In this document: positions 14,101-28,800 of the stretch, piece by piece
How the letters are laid out: the number at the start of each line of letters is the position of its first letter
Position numbering within the stretch: position 1 is the first letter of the stretch
NCBI GenBank assembly: GCA_025786725.1
Contig: JAHLTZ010000002.1
Coordinates: 620,001-684,000, forward strand
Reading direction: 5' to 3'
DNA from: Syncephalis fuscata S228
Lineage: Eukaryota > Fungi > Zoopagomycota
DNA length: 64,000 nt
The notes under the pieces: model-generated
What the model was told of the DNA's origin: nothing
Databases searched by the model: none
The model's input: the letters and a program-made list of their open reading frames with translations, nothing else
Translations under genes and position numbers: made by a program

Positions 14101-16669
14101 TACTAACGATACTCGAGTAGGTAAACGTGGTGAAGAACGATGTAATTCCGTTGATTTTTGTTGTTGTTGTTTAACATTGGACGATTGAATATGATTAGCA
14201 GTTACATTAGATGTAGAAGAGGATACAGTAATAGATGGTTTTGTTTGTTCTATAACCGTTTCAACTGGTGTAGATTCTACAGGTTTACGCCATGATGTCA
14301 TAGCATTGGCCATAGATACTGGTGACTTGGGTGTATCATCTAAATAAAGTGCTGTCTTTGCTGGAATACTGGCTCGAATCCGCTCGTGTATTTCTTCTGT
14401 CGAAGAGATCTGTTGTTTAATGGCATCCATAACACGATCAATAGCTGATGTATCGTTACGATAATTAGATGAATTGGACTGGTCATTAATCGTTGACGCT
14501 ATGATAGCCGCTTGATTTGACCGCCGTCCATATGATACAGGTCGTGATACAGGTCGTGAAGGTGTATCTATTACACATATTATATTATTAGTACTTTATA
14601 TATAAATATAATATCATTTATTTTTACGTACTTGAATGAGATCCATTTGTATGTATTGTTCGTGTATCTCGATGCTGATCCCGATAATTGCTTATTAAAC
14701 GAGCTGATGGCTGTGTTGACAATTTTTCTACTACGGCTGCTATAGTATTGCTAGTTGTATTTGTAACAGAAACTGTTGTAGCTGTTGTTGCTTTAGCAGC
14801 TGTTGTAGTTGTAGTAGCTATAGTAGCTGTTGTTGCTTTAGTAGCTGTTGTAGTTGTAGTAGCTGTTGTAGTTGTAGTAGCTGTAGTAGCTGTTGTAGTT
14901 GCTGCTGCTGCTTTGGAAGCGCTACCACATTCCTTTACTACAGTATCCGACTCTACGGTACTACGTTGTTTGGCTCGTTCTTCAAGAATGCGCAGTTTCT
15001 CAGCTAGACGCTTTTCACGTGCCTCTCGTTCACGTTCTTCTTCTTCTTGTCGTTGCCGTGCTCTAGCAATAGCTAGACTGGTAGATTCAACTTGGGCTAT
15101 TTTTGGACGTTCGGTAGCTGCATCTCCACTTTTAAATACTGGTCGGTTATTGCTATGGTTATTGCCAGACTGACTAGGCACAATGGGTGATTCTATAGTT
15201 TCTTTACATAAATCCTTTTCATTTACAGTGGATATGTTTGATGGTTTGTTATCATGCATTGTAATAGAATTTCCAGAGAATTCAGATGAATGCGATGCAA
15301 CTGTTGCCGTGTTTGTACTAGTTGAATACTGTTGTGTTGAAAATGAGTTGGCGTTGGATTTACGCCACGGTGCAGATGACTGCTCTGCTAAATAACTGTT
15401 TTTTAATGAATCTTGCTTGCCTGTTACAACAATATCTTCTGCTGTTGTTGTTGTTGTTGTAGAATAAGTAAGTTGCTCGCTTGTTTCACTAACATTTATT
15501 CGCGTATCATTTAAAGTCGATCTGGCAGCTTTAAAAGCAGCTCGAGTAGTTGTATTTGTGCTAGATTCATTGGACGATGCTGACTCCTCGTCATTAAATG
15601 TCATTGGCTTCAGTATACGTCGTTTTCGTGCATCCATACCATCACCTCCTGTATCAGAACGGGCCGGTGATGCATTAGCTGATGCACGTGCTGCAGCAAT
15701 GACACCACCAATTTTCACTTTGCCATCGGCAAATTCAATTACATCTTCGTTAAAATCCATGCCATGATCTGACATCTATAATTACCATTAGTAATTTCAT
15801 TATTAGTACATACAATCTATTAACATTATGATCCACTAATTACACACACCTCATCCCATTTCTCATCAAGTACTAATTTATCTTTAGAACGGGCTTGAAG
15901 TGATCCCGTTGTGTTTATTGTACTATATGACTGTTTCATTCCTATTTAACATTAAGCATTTAATATTAATAATAATTAATAATACAATATGATTAATATA
16001 CCATAATAGTTGTATTTGGCTATATGCAACTTACCTGTAGTCATACTGTTTGCTGTTGTTATTGCTGTAGTAGTAATAGTCGTATTATTATTACTAAATT
16101 TTCCGCGAGATGAATAATGTGCTATAATAAATACCATCAACTATATAGTTAGCATATAATGCATATGTTCATTTCCGCGTAATGCAGCCGCCGTGTAACG
16201 ATGTGCCCCTTAAATTCTATCACTGCTTGTTCTTACCTTTGGTCTCTACTTTATTGGCTTCCGCTGCTGTTGGAAATTCCTGATCATTGGCGGCAGAAAT
16301 TGCTTTTTTATCAATAGACAATGCGCCTGATGCACCAGTGTTATTTCTGGCCGTCTTTGGCTTCCATACCGCAGACGATTGCGTGCAGTTATCATCGCCG
16401 CCCTCGTCAAGGTTGCTATTATCTATCTGTGTATTGGCCAACATTGGTTTACCCCAAACAGGTCCATTGGCCGCTATAGAAGGTTGTTTAGTTTCCATAC
16501 GTTTACTAGGTATATCCACCGGTAGTGGTGCAACAACAGAGGTGCGGGTACGCGAGAAATTGCGTCCATGGACGCCAACGCCATTGGTGCGTTTTGACGA
16601 CGAGACGGAGGCGGTGGAAGCAGACGAGCTTAGCTCTGCATAGGTACCCGATGAAGGATCGCCCGGCAT
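11133..16669 (-). CDS. Large low-complexity protein with PRRC2/BAT2-like N-terminal motifs, a coiled coil and a Q/H/N-rich C-terminus; multi-exon
   Basis: RTSVVAPLPVDIPSKRME and DQEFPTAAE resemble BAT2_N motifs. Also WDE..DFNEDVIEFADG and ARARQRQEEEEREREAREKRLAEKLRILEER. Exons are joined by GT-AG introns. The 3' end is uncertain because of frameshifts. Confidence 0.6.
14775..14912. repeat. Coding tandem repeat (GTTGTA/GTAGCT units) encoding a Thr/Ala tract
   Basis: AAAATTTATTATTTTTATTTTTATKATT on the minus strand. Confidence 0.8.
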
Positions 16670-18844
16670 AGCGATAGCCACCGAGACGGCTCTTTAATAG
16701 TGCCACACACACGTAGCAAGTACGTTGAACGGCGAAATCAACACACTAGCACACTCGTTAACAGAGACTACAATCCACTGGCACACGTGTTCCAAGACCA
16801 CCTAGACAGACAGAAGACAAATAGAAGGCAATAGATACGCAACTATACGCACACACAAACAAAATATCAATCGCAGGAATAAAGCTGTCGTTTGCGGCGG
16901 TTCTAATACGAAATGGAAATGAATTTAACTAGTAGTCAGTTAGTTTAGTAGACAAGGAAATAATCGTGTAATCGTACAAGGCCGGCGGCGATCGGACAAT
17001 AAAAGGTTCGCTAGCGTGTAACTTGGGTATAACTCCGCTAGAACCGTACGAAGCACAACCAATACTGGTCGGTAATCTCGCAATAAGCGGTAACAGTGGT
17101 ACCAAAGAAAAAAACGTCAATGGAACCTGCAGGTATGTAAAAAAAAGAACCATGAGCCAAGCCACCTGGGGAAAGGCAGTCAAGGAAAACTAAAAAAGAT
17201 AATATGAGAAAGAATAGAAATAGAAAGAATAAGTGTGAGCGAGTAGAGAAAGTAAGAAAAGAGAGTAAAGAGAAAATAACCGGTGGAGGTCAGCTATAAT
17301 GGTATAAAGCAAACGAAACAGATAAAGCGAGTGGATAAACGAATAACAGGACGGCAAAGCGTGCACTTGTGGTCCGAGTGGTGGTGGTGGTGGTGTGTGT
17401 GCCATAGTTGGCAGTTTAAAAAAGACAAGTACGAGGCGAGCATGGAAACGAATGGATAGCACACCTACAGATACACAGATACATACACACGCACACACAC
17501 ACAGATACACACATCACAGTGTACAATATTATATAACATGTGCTATAGTCGGGTGGGTTATTGTTACCATGATGATGCTGATGGTACCAATATGATAATA
17601 TGATAATGGTAATAGACATAATGTTCATTGATTATGAATGGTTGAGTGTTGAGCGGCGTAAAAAGCAGGTCGGACGAGGCCAACATGCCGTGTTTGGTGA
17701 AGGCCAAAGGTGACCACGATATTAAAAAACAAGCATTTTCATTCCGATACACACACCACACACATACACACATATGCACGCGTGCCTATGACTGGCCACC
17801 ATGCGTTGTTTACAGGGACAGCAGCAATGGCATCAATGTCATTATCATATGTATTCATATGAATGATCTATACTTTGTTGTTCGTAAGCCAGCTCTGGGA
17901 ATAAACACCATGCCATTTAATAAAGCATTATTCACATTAGCATACGATGGTTGATTTCTTCCAATGCAAATTACACAAACGCACTCCCTTAAACTAAAGT
18001 GACAGGTGGGAAAGAACGTGGTCCGTTCACCTCTGTACGCCCACCATCTAGTTAGCTAGATGCGGTGCTATGTACATCCACCAGTCTGGTCCTCTTCGTT
18101 GATGTCATCCATGCATTCATTGCTTAACCGCTGCTCGCTATCATTACATTGGTACTTGTACATTGCATAAAAGTAATGACTTGGACGGTTCCATTGAACT
18201 ACGACAAGTCGGTCCACACCATACACATAGACTTATATGCACACGTGTGGGCAAACGCATATGCTCTGTTTTATTGCTATACTCGCCATCATGACGACAT
18301 ACACTAAAGAATAGTGAACCGTTGACCACGACTAGCACGCAGTTTTCAACCGTCTAAAGTCGTAACAACATAGATAGAATGATGAAATAAAATAATAGTT
18401 GCGTCACTAACTAGTTCTTCTGTCCTCCATTACACTCTTACTTCACCCCGCATAGTAAGCATAATAGCATAATAGCACTCCATCCTATATAACACTTACC
18501 GTAGACAAAATAAGCAATGTTGCAAAAGAGTAAAGTTAGAAATAAAGGAAAGAAAAAGGACAGGCATGCACGGACACACCATTCAATAGTGCTATTGATG
18601 CGGGGTTGAGCAAGCCTCACAAGTTACAGGCTATGTGTGGCTATTTGTAGATAGACAGTGTAAATATCCGTCTATTTTTTGTTGATTAAACTGGTTTTCT
18701 TTGTTCATTCATTTTTGATGATGGGTTCATCGAGTTACATCCATGTATCTATAAAAATCGTCATATTGACATTCATTGTAGGAACCGGTTCTACATTAAT
18801 GCAGTAACCATGACGTCATGGACCCTTCTATTACACAGACCATT

Positions 18845-19345
18845 TATTCTGATACCACTTTCATTACATTGTGTTTTCTTAATGCATTCAAGTTATTGGT
18901 ATGGTCGATAAAAAAAATACCATTTGATCAAGTATATAAAGTAATAGTTTACCATAATTTGTAGGTATGCGCTATAACACATTAATAGAATGCAATAAAT
19001 CACAACTATACTTACTTGTATGGGTCAATATAAGATTGGCCCAGCCTTTAAATATTTCAGATAATTCCCAATGATCCCAATTACGTAACTGAATACTACA
19101 GTTAAATTGCCTTTGCCACCATTTAGTGATAATAGATATTACTGGTGGTAGGCCGTAAGCAAGTATTAATGGCATTTCCTTGACACTAGTATCTAGATAA
19201 TAAATGATTTGGTAAACAAAAAGTTATATAAAGCAACATTGTTTACCGTGTTGGTATTTCTGCTCTCTTATAGGAATCCAAATAAGCTTGGTTTCATATG
19301 GCTGCTGTTGCTGCTGTTGTATTGCTAATCGTAGAGTATTATAGC
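18845..19345 (-). pseudogene. Partial duplicate of the CENP-L gene (middle exons fused to the last exon)
   Basis: 18981-19343 matches 24271-24633 with 3 mismatches. 18865-18978 is a diverged copy of 23690-23803. No start codon, and the last-exon junction is out of phase. Confidence 0.85.
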
Positions 19346-19935
19346 TATAATATTACACTTTTAAGAATAAAAATTGTGAGCAGTGACAAAGCAACAAAGA
19401 AAGGAGAGAGAATAAAGATAGTGAGGTAGTCAAATAGTGAAATATTAATGCAATAAAGTATGGTATTAATATCATTATGGATTTAATATTTAAAGATGGC
19501 TTCAATCAGTAAATCTATAACAAATTCTCAACTGAGCAGGTTTTGGTCATAAAGCTAATTAAAATTCGAGTAAAAAGGCTGTTTTTATTATTATGTAACA
19601 TTACTACGTATTTATAGCAATGCTGGAACTCTTACAGTAGCAAATATTCTAGAAGTAAATGGTAGAGAAAGTGTTGAATGCAATGAATACGAGTGAAGCT
19701 TAAATTTAAAAAATTGCTATTTTATGTAATTATTTAATTATAACACTACATTAAGTATACATTTTGTTTAGCAAATTAAGCAATAATAGCATTATCACAA
19801 ATTATAGTCCTATAATATGTATTAGTAGTATTTGGTTGGTCACTACAATGTTTTATAACACTAACGATTGCAATACATAATATAAAATAAGTTTATAAAC
19901 AAGTTGTTTAATGAATAATAAAAAATAAATAGCAA

Positions 19936-21578
19936 TTAAAACGACACATCTATTATTTTGTAGGCTTTGTTACTTTTCATCAACATCGCGTTCCTTGTGC
20001 TAACTGTATCGTTTAATAAAAAGGGATGTTTAATTAAGTCGTTAAGTTTCACAATAATACCGCGACGACCATATGATGTTTTGTACAAATACTCTGAATT
20101 TGTTTTGCCCAGATTTTTAGTATGCTTTGAATGAATTAAATCTATTACCGTAAATGCACCATCGGGCATAGAGTAATAAAGAATAAATCTTCCAATACAT
20201 AATGAAAAAAGACTATTATATAAGATTGTATCTGGCATGTGAATAGCTTTAAGTCTAATACATAAAGCTTTTAGATTGATGCGTGCTAATATAGCGCCAT
20301 CCCTTATGCTGTGAACTGTCCATTCTTTTTCAAATACAACAAGAATGCGTTTAGAACTAAATAGCGGCACTGTACCACGAAGATAATCGTTACGTGTCCA
20401 AATGGGCTTTACATCTTTAATGCAAACGTTTGAGTAGCTGCATTTCGTCGAAATCATGGCCAAGCCTATTTTATTTCCTCTATCTTCGTTCAACATATTG
20501 GCATTAAACGGGAAATTATGTTCAATTAAAACTCGATTATCATCCAGTTTTTTAACAAGAATTTTAGAGTCATCGTATTGCTTAAAACGTATTTCTCCTT
20601 GCATTAGACAGCGCGGACCATATCCTAGATGGCAATTTGAAAACTCCCATACGTTCCATTTGACTGTAATAGTGGTATATGAGTAATGTAATGATCTAAT
20701 AAATATAGTTGCTACTTCTTCAGTAACTCTCAATAAAAAGGCTTCACCATAATGAGTTGTAATAGCACCCATGCACCTTTGCCCATTTGCAAGATCGAAA
20801 ACGCGAGTTATCGGCACACTGGATTTACCCATATCTTTGAGTGCTGGTTCCAAATAATTTATCATCATCCAGCGGCCACGAATGCTTGCATTATCGCATA
20901 AGCAGGAAAATTGACGTGGTTGCATAGTTGAAGCTAGATGCAGTGGCCAAATGGAAATAACATATGGCGTTATACTAAATTCTGCGCTATCTGCTTGTTT
21001 AGTAGTAGTCACCACAAATTTGTCTGATACCAGGCATTGAGTTGCATAATATTTATAGTTCACATCATTCCAAAATAACTTACGCAAGCGCCAAAATCGT
21101 TTAGTGGATGTTTCTCCTATTGGCTGGCATTGCTCAACAATGAAACATTTCCGCAGATCAGTATGATAATGAGCAATTCGCTGCAATACAATAGATTGCA
21201 TGTTGTTTGATTTCTTTTTCACTATATACTTGACTGGATATGGCTCGTCTTTAAGCCAATTTACATCAGTAGCACGCCGATAACAAAATGCATGAAACCA
21301 TTGGATATGCTGGTTATTTGGCCGAGCACTGCTGATTGTTTTTTAATTTGTGATGCTAACAGCTTTGACACGTGTACAGTCTTCATATACCAGCTCAGCC
21401 ATTTTATCTCGCTTTCATCATCAATATTATAATACTGTTTATATCGCTGGTGCCAGAAATTATTTTGTTGGCTAATACAATACCACAACCATTTACAACA
21501 GCATGAAAGCAGAACAAGTGATTTGTTGTTGGCAAATACGGCAATATGCCTAATAACAACTATAGGAATATGGTCCAT
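19936..21578 (-). CDS. Intronless F-box-like protein (~545 aa) with a beta-rich C-terminal region; one frameshift near 21300
   Basis: N-terminal MDHIPIVVIRHIAVFANNKSLVLLSCCCKWLWYCISQQNNFW fits the F-box pattern. WFHAFCYRRATDVNW bridges into the 428-aa ORF. Confidence 0.7.
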
Positions 21579-22080
21579 TGTACATAAGTAAATAAGACAA
21601 AAAAGAATAGCAGCTAAATTGTCAAAAACTACTCATGTCAATAACGTTTTATTAAAAGATAAACAATTATAACACGTGGCTATAATGAAAACATACAAAG
21701 CGTGTATTTTAAATATATATGCTGTGCAACCTGCAAAGGCCTTGAACCTTTGAAGCAACGCTCTATTTACAATATAATTACTATACTAACACTATCTATT
21801 TCAACTAACATGGTAATGTTTGTTCTGTATTGTAGTATTAGTATAATATTATCTTTTTTATAAATGTGCTAATATAACAATTACACATCCATCTTAACAA
21901 TAATACTAGTGACTTATTTAGCTAATTGTCATTTTTAATTATGTTAATGCTATTATACTTATATATGTGTGCATTGTGTCATTTTATTTTTATTTTTAAT
22001 TTAAAAGTTTATAAAATTTGATATTTAATTGATTAAGTTAAATATTGTGTATATTCAACATTATTATACAGTTTTTATGA

Positions 22081-23400
22081 ACAATTTACTAGTCATCATG
22101 TGATTTAATGGTCAAATGGCTTTATTTAATAACACTCATAATTACTATATTATTTCATATATAAAAAATAAATATGCAATAAAAAAACATAAATAACGGT
22201 AAGGAGGTTGTAGTAAATATATTTATGAATGAACAAACAAAATGAACTGAGATTTATTAATAATAAAGCTAGAACAAGAAGAGCAGCTACAATGGATAGT
22301 GCGTAGTTATTATACAATAAAATAATATGCAAATAATGAATATACAATGTTGAGCAGCGAATAGTAATTTTAAAGTTATTAAGTATATATGCATGAGCAG
22401 ATGACCGACATAGTCGAAATTTATTAATAATAGTGCTAGAACAAAAATAAAACCAGTTTTCGATGGAACATGCCGAGGCAATAATAAAATGTTATAAAAT
22501 AGAATGATTATACAATGGGAAAAGTAAAATGTGACATTAAAGTGCATATAATGTAATGAGTGGAGTGAGCATTTGCGCTAAGCATTATGTGTTAGCATTT
22601 GTGCTAAGCATTATGTGTTAGCATTTGTGCTAAGCATTATGTATTAGCATTTGCGCTAAGCACTTTTCATGCAACTAACTACATATCCGCTTTATTGAAC
22701 ATGAAACTGAATGCTGAATAGTATTAATCATTAAAATATTTATTATTGTATATTTATTATCTAGTACGCATATATCGTCATTGCAATACTATGTTATTAT
22801 GTTTACGCTGTTTTATTTCTAGATTTCTTTTTTATTTGCATACTCATTAATCCACCATGTTCCTATTTCACTTAAACTTGTTATTACTGTGAATATCCAT
22901 TGATCTGCTCTATTAGCATTAAAGCCATAGCCAATTTGCATTAACTGATTTGTCTACCAGACAGTTACACAGTACATATATGCATGAGCAAATAAATGTA
23001 ATAATTTAAATTTATTAGTAATTGAACTAGCATTAAACGAACAACTGTTTTGAATGAAGTGTTGATATTATACAATAGAATGATATAAAGTAGAATAAAT
23101 GTACGATAGACAGGTATAAATAACGCTGTTGAAACTATAATACAAGTAATGCAATAAGTAGACTGGATGGAATATATTATAATATATAAAGAATAGAATA
23201 TATTTAGTATACATAGTAATAACACATACTGTAATAATATATGCGTACTGGATAATAAATCTACGATGATGGGTATTTGATGATTGATGTCACTCACCAA
23301 CTATCATTATGTTTAATAGATTTAGTGTGTAATTTAATTACGTGAATGTTCTTGAAAATAGTCATTTGATTTTAAATCATACTAAATAGTTGATGCTTAT
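22081..23400 (+). repeat. Cluster of dispersed repeat family A copies (~22240-22565, ~22970-23400; inverted terminal piece at 22081-22125)
   Basis: Shares AGTATATATGCATGAGCAGATGACCGACA, TACTGGATAATAAATCTA and GTCATTTGA..AAATCA blocks with 34640-35065 and 60970-61560. Confidence 0.75.
22568..22662. repeat. 26-bp minisatellite, about 3.6 copies (AGCATTTGYGCTAAGCATTATGTRTT)
   Basis: Directly visible tandem units. Confidence 0.9.
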
Positions 23401-23688
23401 TAAAATCTATTAATAAAAGTCAAATGCTTATAATAAAATTATAATACAATAAGTAAACTAAGCAAAGTATGTTGAAAACTATAATAAATAAAATATTATT
23501 GTTATTAATAAAATAATATGACGATGACTATACATCGTCATGGTTCATGTGTTAGTTCATATAAGTGTGTTGTAATCCTCTATATGATTACTCATAGGAC
23601 AGCTGTTGGTGTCAAAATGATAGTAATGGCAAGTCATTAACAGTTACAGGATGTGCTATGAAAATACTCAGACAAAATTTAAAGTTTA

Positions 23689-25395
23689 TTACAATGTGTC
23701 TTTTCTTGATGCATCCATGTTGTTGGTATGGCCAATAAGAAAAGCCATTTGATCAAGTATATAGAGCGATAGATTGCCATACTTTGTAGGCATGAGCTAT
23801 AACATATCAATAAATGCATTAATAAATATACTAATAAATATAGTATTGCTTACCTCAATTTGGCCATTGCAATTTAGATAGAGTGTATCAAGTCGCATAT
23901 GAACAAGTTGGCATCTATCTAAACGGATACGGAAATAGCATAGAAACTGCTGATGTAACACTGATAATACTAAACACACGATTAATGATAACGACACCTT
24001 TGCACACACATAACTTACCATTGGTTTGGTCTTTAGACACAACTAAGTCACTTGTATTATCGCCATTGCCGGCATGACAACTAGTCAATATATTAATTAG
24101 TTTATATTTACATATACGTAGCTTACTTACGGTCGTGCACATGTAATAAGCTTCATAATTTCCGGCCTAACTGTAATATAATCCATGGCCGATATTTGCC
24201 GAGGAAGCTTGTACTTAAGATTAATTGTTTCTTTAATATCAGTAAATTGCACTATTACAGTGGCCATTATATTAATAAAATGCAATAAATCACAACTATA
24301 CTTACTTGTATGGGTCAATATAAGATTGGCCCAGCCTTTAAATATTTCAGATAATTCCCAATGATCCCAATTACGTAACTGAATACTACAGTTAAATTGC
24401 CTTTGCCACCATTTAGTGATAATAGATATTACTGGTGGTAGGCCGTAAGCAAGTATTAATGGCATTTCCTTGACACTAGTATCTAGATAATAAATGATTT
24501 GGTAAACAAACAGTTATATAAAGCAACATTGCTTACCGTGTTGGTATTTCTGCTCTCTTATAGGAATCCAAATAAGCTTGGTTTCATATGGCTGCTGTTG
24601 CTGCTGTTGTATTGCTAATCGTAGAGTATTATAATTATAGTTTAAATAATAATAATTACATTAATTTAATACCTACTAGAAATCTCAATATTAACACTAA
24701 CAATCAGCGGTGTGTGTGTTTGTGTTGGCTGATCATGGGACACATCTATAATATATATATATATATCATTAATTGTGTATAATATACGGCTATAGATTAC
24801 TTACTAGGTGGTGACGCTGAAAGTGGTGGTCGACTGGTCGGCGGCCAGGCATTTGGCGATAATGGCTCAATAATACAGTTTACTACTTCATAACAAATAA
24901 CTTCTGATTCAGCTGTCATGTTCTGTTCTTCGTTATTCGTCATAAATGATAATGAGGTATTTGCATTATCACATCCGATAAACACCTGTGATAATTCTTG
25001 CGATAGTATCTTTAGCAGTGCTTTTTCATAAACTCTTGTATTGCTGTAACTAAATTTATGCCATTTTGAACACATCAATGTCTGCCATGATTTCTTCCAT
25101 AAAAACTCTAGTTAAATAACACGTCGTAATCATTAATGATACTATATACTGATTATTGTTCGATTTATCAATTACCTAGTTCAGAATTCATATTGCCTCT
25201 CCACATATCACTTGAACTTGGATCAAACCTTATGTCACTTTGGCTTGAACGGTTCTGAGTTCCATCGTTGAGGGAATAGGATGCATTACTATTACTACGC
25301 AAATTGGCGCGTCTAGGTGATGAAAATGACGATGTTGGGCTAGTCTCCGGCATAGTATGATCGTCCGGTTCAGATGGTAATATTGTCTCATTCAT
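23689..25395 (-). CDS. CENPL: Centromere protein L (CENP-L/Fta1), multi-exon
   Basis: FLWKKSWQTLMCSKWHKFSYSNTRVYEKALL and MPLILAYGLPPVISIITKWWQRQFNC resemble the CENP-L blocks (L.K.W...P.YKFSYSN and LPL.L..G....I..W.Q..FDC). Some junctions and frames are uncertain. Confidence 0.72.
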
Positions 25396-25856
25396 AGTGC
25401 AAGTGTTTATATACTCGTAATTGCTATAGTTGCAAACAAAATAATAACAAAAATAACGCGTTTTGTTACAAGTACTATACTCTGCTATGAACGTGGTCGT
25501 ACTTGGTTAGTATATATTATATATATATATATATATATAGAATGCAGCAATTGGTATACAGACTTTGTTCAATAAGCAATAAAATAGCGAGTAGTTTAAT
25601 TCAATTATTGAATTTCTTTAATCTATTTGATTCAACTTAATTCAGTTTAAACTTTGTAACTGATCATTGTTCTATAATATTGATTATCGGTGTTAAATGA
25701 CATTTATTACTTGGTATTCACTATTTTACTCAGAATAAAATAGATTTTATTTTATTTTTTTTTCAATCACATTTACACGCACACACTGATTTGTGCTTTT
25801 CTTCTCCGTCGCCACTATTCTACTTGTCAGTGAATGTTACCCTTTGAATTGTTAGT

Positions 25857-28800
25857 ATGGCACCGCGTACTGATAGTAAGAAGGCTGGAGGCAATGCTTC
25901 AGCTTTAAAGCGTTTAAAGGATTCGCTGAAAACTGCCGGTTTAATCGGTCCAGCTGCAAAAACACAACATGGCAAGAAGAAACATAAGCAGCAACGGACA
26001 CAGGCCAATACTTCAGACGCTAGTCTACGTGCCGAACGTAAAAAGAAACTAGCTCAAGTAGAAAGTGCACTTAATCCATTCGAGGTCAAACTTACTCGTC
26101 AAAAGCATGAGGTAGTAGGGCGTAAAACGAAAGGTGCAGTGGGTCGTCCAGGTGTCACTAAACAGATAGGTGAAGAAAAGGTAATTAGATTTTATCTATA
26201 CTCTAATATGTTATTAACAAGAGTGAAATAATAGAGACGACAGACATTGTTAATCGAAATGAAAAGAAAGTCGAAATCAGGCGGTATTATTGATCGTCGA
26301 TTTGGTGAAAATGATGCAACAATGTCATTAGAAGATAAAATGCTTGAACGTTTCACTAAAGAACGTCAACGTCAATCGCGTGGGCGTAATTTTAATCTTG
26401 ATGATGGCAGTGACGAAGAAGATGGCGGCCTTATGGGTCTTACTCATATGGGCAAATCACTAGCTGATATGGATGAATTTGATGACTATGGTCTTGCAGT
26501 CGATGAAGATGATGACGGCACTACCGCCAATAGTAAAGGAGCCATTGATCGTGATACAGTAAGCCAGTTGCATTTTGGTGGCTTTGAATCAACACCGGGT
26601 GAACCAAGAAGCCGTGCCGATATTATGAAAGAAGTTATTGCCAAGAGTAAAATGCACAAGCATGAGCGGCAACAAGAGAAAGAAGTAGATGAAGCACTAC
26701 GAATGAAGCTTGACGAGGATCTTGGCGCCATTCAGTCTCTATTATTTGCGGCTACACCTTCAGAAAGTAGTAGTAGTGTTCTACAAACGGCCCGTCGAGG
26801 ATTACCATCACAAAGTGCACTGTTTGGCAAAGCACAAGCATTAAATGAGGTAAGCTAATATTTTATAATTAAACAATTGAATAACCATATAATATTGTAG
26901 GCGGCACGAGAAAAAGCAGAGGAGGAGGAGGAGGAGGAAGATAAATCTAAAACATTAAATTATGACATGTTAGTACGTGAATTAGCATCAGATAGACGTG
27001 CTCATGCCACTGATCGTACAAAAACGGAAGCTGAATTGGCGCAAGAAGAAAAAGAGAAATTGGAACGAGCAGAGGTAAATAGAATTATTTATAATGATAT
27101 AGATTAGAAATTAATGTTATTAATATTAATAGAGACATCGTAAACGTCGTATGGCTGGAGAAGATTCAGATACTGAAGATGAACAAGAGTCAGCCGCTGC
27201 CAAGAAGCGTAGAAAGGGAAATGCACCACAAGGTGATGATATTGAAGATGATTTTGTATTAGATGAAGATTTAGTTGATCCAACTGGATTTGGTAGTGGA
27301 TTGCGTGTAGCCAGTGATTCAGAAGATGAGGATGAGGATGAGGATGAGGATGAGGATGAGGATGGGGATGACAGTGAAGATGAAGAAGACAGTGATGAGG
27401 ATGAGGACAGTGAAGACGAAGATGAAGAGGATGGATCTGATTTAGATATTGATAGTAAAATACAAAATATAAAAGCAATAATTCGTTCATCTATAAGAAA
27501 GACTAAAAATGAGGAAGAAGAAGAAGAAGAATTAAAGGAATCAACATCTAAACAAGAAATACCATTTACTTTTCCAGCACCTGAAGATCATTCAGCTTTT
27601 TTACATCTAGTTAAACATTATAATGCAGAAGAGCAGTTTATTGTAGTTAAACGATTACGCACCATATATCATATTAGTTTAGGAGCAGCTAATCGAGAGA
27701 AACTACAAGTACGTATTAGACTATTATAACAATATAACAATAGTATACTAATATAATGAATAGACATTGCTAGTTGTTTTACTAGATCATGTTATGTATT
27801 GTGGATCATTGGTAGTACCTCAAGTTCAAGTAGTTAATAAACTATTTCCACATATTTATGAATTGACCACTCAATTCCCTGAAATAGCCACAGAACATAC
27901 ACGACAAGTATTACAACAATGGCAATCAGATATGATATCCGGTATGAATCAAGGTAAGTCACTATTAATACTAGTATTCATATTTATATTTATATTTATA
28001 TGTTATTATTAGATGACATAGATGCACCACCTACATTACCATCATCAAGTGAATTACTCTTTTTACTGGTTATTATGCGTTTATTTCCTACTTCTGATAA
28101 ATTACATCCAGTAATTACTCCTACTTTTCTTTATATTGGCCAGTGTTTGGGTCAAATGCCTGTACGTACTGGTCGAGATGTATTGGCCGGTCTTTTATTA
28201 TGTCAACTTTACATTGAGGTATGTATTAATGAGTCGTATTGCTATCTATAGTATTGTTAACGTTTCTATGTTATGAATAGGCTCAGTCAATGTCTAAACG
28301 TTTAATGCCTGAAGTATTCAATTATTTATATAGATTACTTGCAGCATTGCCCCCAACTACGAATACTAAATCATCAGTAGCATCTACTGAACTACCTGGC
28401 TACTTTCCCAGTGCTCTATCATTGCCTGATACATGGACATTGACTCAAGCTGATACACTAGTGTCGATAGAGCCGGCACCATTAGCATTTAAACAATTGA
28501 GTATTAAACAAAAGGATAATCAATTACCATTATCAAATGATATCAAGTAAGCAGCAATACTAACAATAGTGTATTAAAACTAATGATATCGATTAGGATT
28601 TCTGCATTTTATTTAATCCTCCAACTTATTCAACGATTGGCCGAGTTATCCGTTGGTTCATCCGCTTTCCCTGAACTATTCCGGCCAGCCATTGATTTAT
28701 TACAGCCATTGACTAAACTTGAACTATCAACAACGGTTATGGTACGTTATTAGATCATTATTAACACTATAATACATATTTATTAACTTTTGTATAGACA

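Noticed and set aside
11637-16643. Plus-strand ORFs rich in Leu/Val
   Set aside because: Antisense shadows of the Asn/Ser/Thr/Gln low-complexity protein on the minus strand.
19395-19412. AAAGGAGAGA resembling the U6atac box
   Set aside because: The following GGTTAGC motif and the rest of U6atac are absent; it is a purine-rich tract only.
22568-22662. CRISPR-like array
   Set aside because: Head-to-tail units with no unique spacers, eukaryotic context and no cas genes.
23518-23541. Perfect 9-bp inverted repeat ATGACGATG-actata-CATCGTCAT
   Set aside because: An isolated hairpin with no supporting context; could be chance or an element remnant.
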